Origin: Octopus sinensis
Lineage: Eukaryota
Length of the DNA: 64,000 nt
Assembly (NCBI RefSeq): GCF_006345805.1
Contig: NC_043019.1
Location: 23,683,360-23,747,359 of the forward strand
Direction: 5' to 3'
Below are positions 50,380 through 62,398 of this stretch, in pieces (positions within the stretch are counted from its first letter, which is position 1; each line of letters begins with the position of its first letter). The position numbers and the translations under genes were made by a program. The notes under the pieces are model-generated. The model was not told the DNA's origin and did no database searches. It worked only from the letters and a program-made list of their open reading frames with translations.

Positions 50380-50674
50380 ATATATTTGTTGCCGTTGTTG
50401 TTGTTGTTGTTTAACCCTGAGAACGTTGAAAAGTGAAACCGACTCCGGGTGGTTTGAACGTGGCATGTAGAGGAGAGAGAATTTGCTGAGTACCTTTCAT
50501 TTGACACTGAGTAGAGTTGGAGACTTCACTCAACGAAAGCAATTTGTTGTCGTTGCTGTGGTTAATATTATCTAGGTTCTTGCTGTTTCTGTTGTTTAAA
50601 TCAAGCTCAGTTCTAACCGAACAGGTATAATAAAAGGCGTTCCAGTTGCGACCATTCCGTCTTTTTTAAGCCTT
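50380..50674. repeat. second copy of the 48700-48993 segment
   Basis: Direct comparison with the first copy. Confidence 0.9.
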
Positions 50675-50801
50675 CTGCTTGGGTTAGGAACCATAATCAG
50701 CTACTTCAGTCAAAAATGTCTTTTCTTAATGACTCAAACGATGATATAAATCTAGACAGGTGTGTTCACATTACTGTTCAAGTTAAACAACTGCTTTTAA
50801 G

Positions 50802-50872
50802 GAATTCTCTACCAATATCAGCCGGACAGAGTATGACGACTTTCTTGTACATGTCCATGCTTATACCAGAAG
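50802..50872 (+). CDS. candidate 71-nt exon (phase 0 to 2: EFSTNISRTEYDDFLVHVHAYTR)
   Basis: CTGCTTTTAAG| acceptor and AAG|GTAACG donor. The peptide loosely recalls the fibronectin-III Y.V.V.A.T strand; a second frame is also open. Confidence 0.35.
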
Positions 50873-51289
50873 GTAACGAGCTGACGTCTATACAGAAGGA
50901 ATGAGTCATAGTTCTGATTAAAAATGGAATAATTAACACATTTCTTACATAGCACAATGATTTAAATAGTTGGCGTAATTTCTTAGTTATCCTGCTTACT
51001 TTTTGACCTACATAAAAGTCATTCGGTATTCTCTCCCCACCTTCTCTCTCTGCTTGTGAAAATTATGTCCGGTTTCTTGTGGAACTTGGTGATCGCTGAA
51101 TGGGATAAAGCTACAGATTCGTGTTATCATCTTTTAAAGCTATCCGCTGGGGTCAACTCTGCCTTTTCCTTTTTCAAACTTGATCAAATAAAGTACCAGC
51201 CAATACTGGGCTGTACATTATCGACTTTTATACCGAGACGAAACGTACATGATAACACTGACAATCATATATGGAGAATATGAGCAGCG

Positions 51290-52770
51290 TTAATTAGTGG
51301 TATCGGGTATCGATTATAGAAGAGTATAAGTGATATATGGTATCGAGGTAAATGTCCAGTGTATGTGCTATGGTGTGTAGAGGTGGTTGTCTAGACTATG
51401 TATTGTGTGAGAACAAGGGCATGTTTTGAACTGTTTTGAACAAATGCATAGAAAACATATATTTTCCATCATATTTATTGTTGCAATTATTTTTGGTGTT
51501 GTTTTCATTTTCATGCCCTACGTGCTACTAATATCGTTTTCAAGATCCTTATACTTTGACAATGTCTCTGCTTAATTTCGGGAAGTGTTTTGACCAGATG
51601 GGTTCGATTGTCTTTTATGGGACAGATATTTTCTTTTCAGCCCTTTTATATCGTTTTATAATTATATTTGGGCAGTTGACCTTTATTTCCTTCCCAGACT
51701 GGTATGCCTGATGATTGCTGCCACGCCGTTGTCATGTACAGAATATTTTACATGTTTATACCACTTCTTTTTGTGTTCGCACCAAAGTGTTGCTATGTTG
51801 CTCAGTGAGTACAGTTGAGATCGTGCCTGTGCATTTAAGTGGCGCATGACAAGGACTAGGCAACCAAAGATGATGTTCTGCTTGCAGAGTCAGCACTTAA
51901 TGTAAGCATCTTCTTTTATTGTTTGTAGTTAGACATTGTAATTGTGCCACTAGAAATAGATCTCCTCTTTCTGTTTTTAACCCATACATTTCATTCATTT
52001 TCTTTTACTCTGGTTTACCTCTTCTCTTGCACGATATTGGCCAAGGAATGGGTTTTCTCTGTATTTTTGTTTTCTTAAATATATCTTGAAAATCCATTTT
52101 GATTTTGTCCTTTGCTGTTTTTTTCTTAACCTTTACAGTCGTATTCCTCATTATCTAATATGTTTTATCTTTCTATTTTATTATTTCTTTATATACAGAG
52201 GAATATTTAAAATCGTTCTTTGATAATTCTCTTTTACATTTATTAGCTTCCTTTCGCTTTATTCTAAGGTTTTTTTCCAAGTCCCACTGGTATTACTTTG
52301 TAATAGTGTTCTATTTGTACCAGACCTCATCATCTTTATGTGCAGAATAGATATATTCCATTGACATGAACTTCGGGAAGATTCGGAACACTCTTAGTAG
52401 TTCTTTTGTTGTTGTCAACACCTTTTAATTAATATAGCTTCAAGTTCATGTTTGAACTGTAGTTTTTAAGAGGGATGGCTAATGTATATATGTCAATTAT
52501 CTAATTACTAGTACTGAATTCAGTTTTTTAATATTAATCTGACACTTTTGTTATATTATTCTGTCTCGTTTCGTTTTTTGTAAAAAATATTTTATCAGTT
52601 TTGTCAACTCCTAAATATTTGTGTTGATTATTCTAATTTAATTCTCTGATTTCGGTATCAAATATTCTTAGTTCTCTTCTTATAATTAAATGCTGTGACA
52701 CACTTGTCAAATACCAGGCCTATTCTTAACTCTTTGGCGAATTTATAGGAGGGGAAAAAATCTTTGAGGT
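51290..52770 (-). mobile_element. decayed R4/Dong-like non-LTR retrotransposon (RT C-terminus, CCHC, restriction-like endonuclease)
   Basis: Relics FDKC, KYLGV, VRLILKTE, GLVQIE, IKC*LCKQ, EIKVNCPNIIIK and AETLSKYKDLENDI..*GMK match the RLE-clade pattern (N.PDI.I / EK..KY.DL..EI...W.MK). Confidence 0.75.
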
Positions 52771-53369
52771 CGAAATCAACCTTCTCAAGAACTACTCACT
52801 TCCCTATGACGTTCCATAAAACTCCGGTACTCCTGGACTGGTCCACATCAAGAAAGGTCTCGAGATAAAACATTAATAAAGAGTTAAGCAAGGGTGTATT
52901 TGCCGCAAATTTCAGGAAGATGCTAATATCGACAGGAAGTGTAGCCTCTCTTGGAATGGTGACCGTTACATCACGTTATATTTGAAGGTTATATTTTAGC
53001 GATCCAAAAATAATACAAAAAAAAAACCGGAGACAGCTGACAACTGGCCAGAAAGTAGTTCATGGTTGACGGGTTGAATTACTGGGTCATTGTCTCATTA
53101 AACAGACGATTGTCGACTTCCGTTCTATGGATAGCTTTGACCAATAACGACAACAACAAGAATAGTAATGACATGAGCTATATTATCATCATCGTCATGA
53201 TTATCATCATAAACATCGTGTCTATCATGAATAACAATATCATCATCATCATCATCATCATCATTAGACTGAAAAGAGAAAATCATCTCAAACAAAATAA
53301 CAACAATAATAGTGATGGTGAAAATTACTACTCGCTTTTGTGATTGTTCCATTCCCCGCTCTCTCTCTT

Positions 53370-53416
<47 letters not shown>

Positions 53417-54207
53417 TATATACTAGCAGTAATACCCGTCGTTGATCGGGTAATTACTTTTACTGTTTCTCGGGCCGAGAAGCTAGAAAGATGGGTATAT
53501 ATCATAGAGAAGAATAGCTTTACAGAATCCATTTGACTGCGATGGCATTGAAAAGGCTGCAGGTCAAGTGGAACATCACTGTTCATATAGAAAAAGCATT
53601 GCACGTCGTGCGTTTGCTTGGTGTTCGTTTTGTGACGGTCTTCTTTCAGTAGACATTTTTGTATATCATGAATATCAGTAAATAATAGTGAAATGAAATT
53701 ACAAATTCTGTGTCCTGTCAATGCTAATGCTGAAATTCCGATGCTATATTACAGCAATGGAAGGCAAGGCAACAGTAATAATCCAATGAAATTACAAACG
53801 TTGAGTCCTGTCAGTCAGATTTAGGTTTACTCGTCCTGTAAGTGTGTATTATATAAGAGAAAAAGATGTAATAATTGAAGTAGAAATAAGATGGATTTCA
53901 TATATGAACTTCTGTTTGTTCTTCAAGTTACAATCTAGCAACTTTTAGTGTTTGGCCCTGACTGTTATTAATGCTCACAGCAGAAGAAAATGGCTTAAAT
54001 TTGAATGGGACATTAGATGGTTTAACTGGCATGCGAGGAACGAAGACGGTGTCACGTTTACCATAACCAGTGAGAATATTAGCCTCAATGCAGTCGTCAT
54101 AGGTTTGTGCACAATTAGTGTTGCGTCCCTTGAACCATTTACTTTCACTTTATGGGACAAACAAACACACAAACGGACAGAATCTCTGTTTTATATATAT
54201 ACACATA

Positions 54208-55008
54208 CACGTGATCTGATCAATAAGTATCCGGACTGTTACTATGGTAACGAAACTAAAGCACGCAGAGTGAAGCCGTTTGGCGCAGATTGACCTTGGA
54301 CACTGGTGTGAAAGCGTACTTAGTTTTAACGTTCTAGCTCACTTCCTCTGTGTAGTGTGTGACCACGACAGAGGAAGTTGAGCAGAGAATCTGCATCAAA
54401 TTTTGCCAAGAACTTGGCGATACCTGCTCAGGGACTTATGCAAAGTTTCCAAAAATTTCTCATCGTTCACAACACAACCAAGAAGATCTTGTGCAACTGA
54501 AACCGGAGTGTCTTTTTTCGTCAGCTGAAAACAGTTTTGATACAAGTTCGGCAGACACGCGTCTCATACCCAAGTCTTCAGTGATAATGGACTGAACTGA
54601 ACCGTAACTAATCTGCACATCCTCTGATAATTTTTCCTCATAGCTGCATGCACATCTGCAATGTTTTTCTCAATTCTGCCGGTTGCGGGTCTCCCAGAAC
54701 GCTCGTCAATAACGACATTTCTCCGACCATCTTGGAAACGTTTGAACCACTCGTTCACTTGTGTGCAGCTCATATACTCCTCTCCATGTACTTTCTGCAA
54801 CTTTGTGCAGGCCTCTGAGCAGGTATTGCCATGACAGCTTTCTCTGTCATGGTCAATGCGACGATCACACGCTACACACCTTCCTTCCAAGCACTACTGT
54901 AACAGCGGAAGTGAAGCAGAGCATTAAAATTTAGTGCAGATGCATAGCAGAGTACAAGGTCAATCTTTGCCAAGCAACTTCATTACTATGGCAACAACCC
55001 GGATACTC
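54208..55008. mobile_element. fold-back mariner derivative (two inverted 5' ends)
   Basis: Plus arm: TA|CACGTGATCTGATCAATAAGTATCCGGAC then MTTTEEVEQRICIKFCQELG. Minus arm: ...EEYMSCTQVNEWFKRFQDGRRNVVIDERSGRP. GATTGACCTTG and GTATCCGG occur inverted at both ends. Confidence 0.8.
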
Positions 55009-55172
55009 ATATATATATATATATATATATATGAGAGGGAGAGAGAGAGAGAGAGAAAACAATGCGAATGAGGTATATGTTTATTTGGTTTGTATACTGT
55101 GAAATGACGAGAGATAAAACTGCTTTTACTCTCTCTCTCCCTCCCTCCCTCTCCCCCTCCCTCTCTTCCCCC

Positions 55173-55231
<59 letters not shown>

Positions 55232-56329
55232 TTCTGCTCCGATTCGAAATATTGGGCTAAACCAAATATTTGTTCTGCTGGAACAACTCGGGCCTGAAAT
55301 TTCTTTCTTTCTTATTTTCGTCTTTTGACGCCGCAAACCCACACAAATCTGAAAATTAACCACAACCATACATCATCATGGCCCAGTGTTAAATTAATTT
55401 AGTAATTAATAACTGCCAAGCACTCCCGCTTCACTTAAAACAAATAAACATCAACTTTGTAAAGAGTTTTACTGTGAAGGCAGTAATACAGGATAGGTCC
55501 GATGAAAGGAAACCCGTCCTAAGTATGGAGATAAACATCAACTGTAGGGACATTTTCATTCACACATACATCCATTCATACATCCATTAATCCGTCCGGT
55601 CATCCGTTCATCCATACCTTATATTATTATAATCACGCACATATACGTAAATATATGTGACAATAAGAATATAAGTGCATCAGTTTGTGTGTGTGTGGGG
55701 GGGGGGCTTGTCCTTACGTATATATTTTTAATATAAGGTTGTCCCAAAAGTTCGTAGAAAGTCTTGGAAAATAATGGTCTTTATTTTGAGGAATAATTTT
55801 TGTTGTTTTTGTTAGTACTTGGCGAGTAAAAATTCAATTTTCGCAAGTGTTTACGGGACAACCTAATAATTGTCCGACCGTCGAACTTGCTAGATTATGT
55901 AAATGAGTTATGCCGGGGTACATATTTGTTCATTTAAACTACTTTCTGTAACTCGCCGACGAGGTCTAGTAAGACAGAAACATGTTCGGAATTGTCTCCC
56001 GTTCTTAAATATCAAACTCATTTACATTCTTTTTATAACGAAATTTCATTTCATATTTCTTTTCCGTACCATTGTTGCCATGAATTATCATTTTTCTCTT
56101 TTACTATGAGTGTAATTGCGATCGATTGCACATGCGGTGGTATTACTCCTTCACCCGTTCAACCACGATCGGTGAGCAAATAATGATGAATCGTTAAATA
56201 CCAGTGAAGTCGTCCCATCCTCATCCCAAGCTACTGAAAACGTCCCGCGGCGCTTCATTTCACAGCGAGACTAAACACATATAGTTACGAAACTTTTTTT
56301 TTATTTATCTATTCATTTATCATATCCTA

Positions 56330-56734
56330 GGCGCCGGAGTGGCTGTGTGGTAAGTAACTTGTTTACCAACCACATGGTTCCGGGTTCAGTCCCACTGTGT
56401 GGCATCTTGGGCAAGTGTCTTCTACTGTAGCCTCGGGCCGACCAAAGCCTTGTGAGTGGATTTGGTAGACGGAAACTGAAAGAAGCCCGTCGTATATATA
56501 TATATATATATATATGTGCGTGTGTGTGTTTGTGTGTCTGTGTTTGTCCCCCTAGCATTGCTTGACAACCGATGCTGGTGTGTTTATGTCCCCGTTACTT
56601 AGCGGTTCGGCAAAAGAGACCGATAGAATAAGTACTGAGCTTACAAAAGAATAAGTCCCGGGGTCGAGTTGCTCGATTAAAGGCGGTGCTCCAGCATGGC
56701 CGCAGTCAAATGACTGAAACTAATAAAAGAGAGT
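56330..56734 (+). mobile_element. SINE family A, full length
   Basis: Near-consensus copy. Confidence 0.92.
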
Positions 56735-57072
56735 ATTTATTCATAACCGACGCTGCATTTGTGTTGTAGGAGAGATGTCTATATAAACACGCCATAAATG
56801 TAAATGGCGACAAATTCCAGTTAATTAAATTTATGACAGCAGAGAAGAGAACGATCGTTGGTTTAATGATTAACCTGGTGAAGAATGATATGGGAGACAA
56901 CGCAAAAGGTATCAATTGACCATACAGTGTATATTTCCATAGGCTAGTGATAACTTCAGTTATGTTTCGGCCTAATTACACCTCAATAAATTATAGTCTC
57001 TATACCAGCAATTTTAGATAAAGATGGGTTGACATAATATATATATATGTATATATATATATAATATATATA

Positions 57073-57120
<48 letters not shown>

Positions 57121-57123
57121 ATA

Positions 57124-57345
57124 CATTCGAGGCTTTCTTCAAAGGAATCTAATGCGCTTGGCTTAGATTTTGCTTTGGGGCTGGCCAGATCGGAGCAATC
57201 TCAAGATTAATCAGCCGAAATTGCGAGGATGATCCGGTTCTTGACTGAAGATCGAAGGCTTCGAATGTCCCGTCCGTGTTTTTTGTATGGCTTCTAAATG
57301 TTTTGCGTTCTTGTCCCAGTTTGTATATATATATATGTTTTTGTG
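57124..57345 (+). repeat. interspersed repeat, with an inverted related copy at about 62010-62340
   Basis: Shared CTCAAGATTAATCAGCCGAAATTGCGAGGATGATCCGGTTCTTGACTGAAGAT core. Confidence 0.85.
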
Positions 57346-57649
57346 TATAAACAGTGAGAAGCAAGGACGCGCTCTGCATGAGAACCAAATGTTAAGGACT
57401 GGTAGCATCTGTTTAATGAACCAGGATATGACATAAACACGCTCACATGTGTGTATGTGACGATGAGAAGGGGTATGTAACGGTATGACGGCGATGGTGG
57501 GGTGACGCAGCATCTTTGGAGAGCAATATCAGTTTTCGTGGAATAGCTTTAAACACAACAGTAAGCGACGAGCTTTAAGAAACCATCATAGGCGCTTTCT
57601 GTCTAGCCATCACAGTCATCATAAACACCCCTCACCACACACATTCCCA

Positions 57650-57850
57650 TTTTTATTTGTTTCAGTCATTTGACTGCGGCCATGCATTTGACTGCGGCCT
57701 TTTAGTCGAAGAAATCGACCCCAGGACTTATTCTTTATAAGCCTAGTACTTATCCTAGGTATCTTTTTCCGAACCGCTAAGTTACGGGGACGTAAACACA
57801 CCAGCATCGGTTTTCAAGCGGTGGTGGTGGGGACAAACACAGACACACAA

Positions 57851-57927
<77 letters not shown>

Positions 57928-58059
57928 TATATATATACACGGCTTTGGTCGACCAGAGGCTTAATTGAAGACACTTGCCCAAGGTGCCACGCAATGGGAC
58001 TGAACCCGGAACTATGTGGTTTGGAAGTAGGCTTCTTACCACACAGCCACGCCTGCGCC
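57650..58059 (-). mobile_element. SINE family A, full length
   Basis: Similarity to the other A copies; small CATTTGACTGCGGC duplication. Confidence 0.88.
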
Positions 58060-59049
58060 TATAAAGATTTGGTGATGGAAACGAGGAAAATAGACTTCAA
58101 AATATGAGTATATGCATATTTTTAAAAATTAATATTTAGCAGAAACAACGGAGTGACTCAAGGGTCGAGAGTTTCGTACATCAAATTTTTGATAAGTTCC
58201 GCTCCACGAAACTGTCGGCCTTTGAGTCACTCTGTTGTCTCTGCAGAAAGATATACACGTGAATATTATACATGTGAATACATGTGATATATTATACATG
58301 TGAATATGAAGGCGGCGAGTTGGCAGACGTGTTAGTATGTCGCACAAAATGCTTAGCGGCAGTTCTTCCGGCTCTGTAAGTTCTGAGTTCAAATCCCGCC
58401 GAATTCAACTTCGCTATTCATTCCCTTGTGGTCGATAAAATAATGCACCAGTCAGGTACCGCAGGAGATGTAATCGACTTGTGTCTTCAAACTAAAAAAA
58501 ATTGTTGGTCTTGAACCCTGTAATGGACAGGCTCCTGTTTAGCGACGGATGTTGTGACCTCGGTCACTTATACACCATGGAAATTGAATAAACGACGTTA
58601 TGAGTCCTTGACCAATGATAAAAAAAATATATATGAATATAACTGATAGGAAGAAAATATACAAAAGGAATTTTCTTCAGTAATTGCATTTACAGAAATA
58701 TGTTTCCTTCTACTCCAATGCTTCCTTTCCTGGACAATGTTCAACTTCACAAGTTTTGTAGTATTTTCCGCCACTTCGAAACCAGGATTTAGATCAACAA
58801 ATGTCACGAAATAGTATTTCTATAGACACACTATTTCATTCTGCTCTACTTACACATTATTTCCGCTTGTGATAAGAACAAAATAAAACTGTCATCTGAC
58901 TTCCGTTGTTAACCACATTGATGGCTAACCAATTAAAAGATTATACGTAGTCACATGACATGGAGATATAGCCGCGAAAGTTCTCACAAATAACACCTTA
59001 CTGTCTTTAAAAAAAATACACTTTGACTAATGTAATCCTTGGTGTTTAC

Positions 59050-59330
59050 TTAAGTCCTTTGCTCTTCATGGAGCTTAGGCCATTAACGACTTTTGCATAA
59101 CTGTTCTTCATTCTGGATTGTCGTCTGCCAGGTTTTGTGGGTTTTGAATTGTCATCAAAGCTTCTGTAAGTTTCCTTTTTTTGCTAAGTAAGGCTGTTTT
59201 TACTTCTGGGAAAAGAGTGTCCTTATTAGTCTGGCTCCAATCCTTTGACCAGTCCATCATGAGAAGCCCTACCAAGAGCTTACGTTCCACTGGCATAGCG
59301 CTCAAGGCGATCGAGGAATACAAGCCTCCA
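59050..59330 (-). mobile_element. RTE-clade LINE C-terminal remnant
   Basis: SSIALSAMPVERKLLVGLLMMDWS...KDTLFPEVK...NLADDNPE*RT resembles the RTE pattern IPSIEAML..RQLRW.GH..RM.D...PK.L.Y.EL. Confidence 0.5.
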
Positions 59331-59457
59331 CATCACAACAAAGACTGGACTCTGTGATGGAATCCTAGATACATTTTACTTTAAAAAAGACGGCCAACTT
59401 TTGGTCATAGACCTGCTCAACCAAGGCTGATCTGGTCTATTCAGCAACAACAACAAC

Positions 59458-59680
59458 ATATTTCTTTATTACCCACAAGGGGCTAAACACAGAGGGGACA
59501 AACAAGGACAGACATAGGTATTAAGTCGATTACATCTATCCCAGTGCGTAACTGGTACTTAATTTTATCGGCCCCGAAAGGATGAAAGGCAGAGTCGACC
59601 TCGGCGGAATTGTAACTCGCAACGTAACGACAGACGAAATACGGATACGCATTTCGCCCGGCGTGCTAACGTTTCTGCCA
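59458..59680 (-). mobile_element. SINE family B
   Basis: Similarity to the other B copies. Confidence 0.9.
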
Positions 59681-60227
59681 AACAACAACAACAGCTTAAC
59701 TGACATGAGATTAATGTAGTATATATGTTAATGCCGTGTGACTTCCATGTTTCTCCGTGTATGGTAACATTTGTATAGAATTTCAGCTTTGTAAGGGAAT
59801 TACCTAAAAAAACACGAATGTGATTTGTTATGACAACCATTGTTCCACTTCACGCCGACATCCAACAAACCCCAGTGTTTATGCGTTTGCTCTATGAGCC
59901 TGGTTTAATATTCAAGTATGTTTGACATCTGGGTTCTCAGCTAAGAGGAAGTGAGTCCCCAGTATTATACGCTAGCTATCACTGAGTTTATCCAAGAAAC
60001 TGGTACAGAATCGGGCATCCGGTGTGTCTCATTATGCTGTAATTCCTGGCTATTCTAGATTCCGTTCTTATGCACTACACGACCGTTCTATCTAGGTCTA
60101 TGTATCTATCTAACAACTCCTTTCCATCTGTGTTGTGTGGTTATGTCTCTCTATATGTAGGCATGTGTTTGTGTGCATATTCTCTTTGCACATAGTCACA
60201 AACACAAGTACACACCTTGTATATATA

Positions 60228-60295
<68 letters not shown>

Positions 60296-60872
60296 TGTTC
60301 TACACAGCGTGAATCAGATGTACTAAGGTTTTTCTGATACATATACATTCACGCACACACGTTAATAGCAACACGAAATGAATGCACTTATGTGCAGTTT
60401 GTATGTGTACAGCCAATGAGAGAGTAAGAGAAAGAGAGAGAGTGTGTGTGTGCGTGCACATATGTGTCTGTGATATATTCATCTGGGAAACAAAGTCATT
60501 AACAAGTTGGATTTCTACTCATCATTGTTAGAAAATGATGTAAGCGTTGTTGTCTTACATTTTGACGGGAAATATCTACTGTTCCTCACCAACCGCTAGT
60601 CTTACAGATGTAGTCACTGCTATATTCCACAATAACTTGTAACTGATCATCCCAGCCTCCATACCATTTAATGTTTTATTTTGGTTTTTCTTCATTTCGT
60701 CTTTCTCGGTCGCATTCTTTTTTCCCTCCGTCTTTCTTTTGTGCTTCCGTCTTTCATTTTCTTTCATTTCATTCTCATCAAGGATGTTTAATAGGAATAG
60801 TCAAACGACCTCACTACATGTTTGGTACTTCGCTATTTGATTTGATTCGAGAATTAACACAAATGATTCGTG

Positions 60873-61060
<188 letters not shown>

Positions 61061-61064
61061 AGTC

Positions 61065-61850
61065 TATCTAACTTCATCTGTCCGTGCAAATCAATTTATC
61101 CACTCGCTGGTGATTCACGTCATTCATCCATTGTAACGGATAGTCTCCCCGCTGTGTGTTTTGTGTCCGATACAGGTCTCTCTTCATCATCAATCTGTGC
61201 ACATTGTTCTTTTCAAAAGTGGCATCTCTGTAAACAACTTGTTCCTTTCTGTGGATATCAGACAGCCTGTACGTCAAGAGTCTATTACTTACCTACAATT
61301 AAGGCGGACAGGAAGAAGAATCATTGTACCCTTTTAGGAATTCCGACCACGTTTCATGGAATGCTACCTCAACAGTTTCTTTATAGGATCCAATGGCTAA
61401 GGACATCTTCAGGAGGAACCACGTCCGGTTTCGGCCCCTATTCCTCTACAGTTTTCGACCTGATGCGCTCCTCCCCACCACTTTCAGAGGTGTCTTCAGC
61501 TCTAGTGTTGAGTGCATTTTTTTCTTTGAATTTTTGTTCTTTGGTTTCTTCGATGGTCATTCGCCCGCTGACATTTGTTTCGTCAATAAATGTCAGCGGG
61601 CGAATGACCATCCTGCCAAATTTCCCTTTAAATACTTGCCGGTAGGCTCCTGCAAACAACACCAACCAGCTGTCACGTGACACAATCTAAGCTTCAGCTG
61701 GCCAACGGAGGGGAAGGGTGCGTAGTTTTGGCCCACGCCCTCTCTAGACCTACCTCCCAACAGAGTCGTGTTGGTTTCAGTCCCAGCTGCCAGAGCCGAC
61801 TGACTGTCTGGTGGCGCAAGCCTTCAAACTATCGGAGAGGAGGGCGCGCA
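61065..61850 (-). pseudogene. frameshifted ORF relic with GC-rich leader, possibly a LINE 5' UTR plus ORF1
   Basis: MTIEETKEQKFKEKNALNTRAEDTSESGGEERIRSKTVEE*GPKPDVVPPEDVL, then in shifted frames YKETVEVAFHETWSEFLKGYND...LTYRLSDIHRKEQVVYRDATFEKNNVHRLMMKRDLY. Family assignment is inference only. Confidence 0.4.
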
Positions 61851-62009
61851 ATACATATTTCATATAAAGAAAATCGGATTATTACGTGTTGGAATCAACT
61901 CATATATATAACATGTAACTACGTGTGCGTGTGTGTATGTGTGTGTGTACACACACACACACACCACACACACACACACAACACACACATGTATATATAT
62001 ATATATATG

Positions 62010-62340
62010 TATAAAAATATATATAAAAATGCAAAATGGGACAAGAACGCAAAACATTCAAATAGATGACACAAAAAACGGACGGGTCATTCGAAGCCTC
62101 TAATCTTCAGTCAAGAACCGGATCATCCTCGCAATTTCGGCTGATTAATCTTGAGATCGCTCCGATCCGGCCAGCCCCAAGGAAAACCTAAGCTACGAGC
62201 ATTAGATTTCTTGGAAAAAGGATCGAATGTATACGAAACAAGGACAGAAAAACGGACGATGCCACACGAATATAAATACAAAAAACAATAACCATAACAA
62301 CAGGACAAAAACAACGGGTGTCTTTCGACTTTAGACAGTT
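62010..62340 (-). repeat. interspersed repeat related to 57124-57345
   Basis: Reverse-complement similarity. Confidence 0.85.
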
Positions 62341-62358
62341 CAACTTAGCTTAGCTGGC

Positions 62359-62398
<40 letters not shown>

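Noticed and set aside
57235-57275. CTGAAGA...CGAATG motif (also at about 62075-62100, minus) as a hammerhead
   Set aside because: No GAAA core and no stem I pairing.
59280-59345. Minus-strand exon-like segment with donor AAC|GTAAGC
   Set aside because: Better explained as part of an RTE LINE C-terminal remnant.
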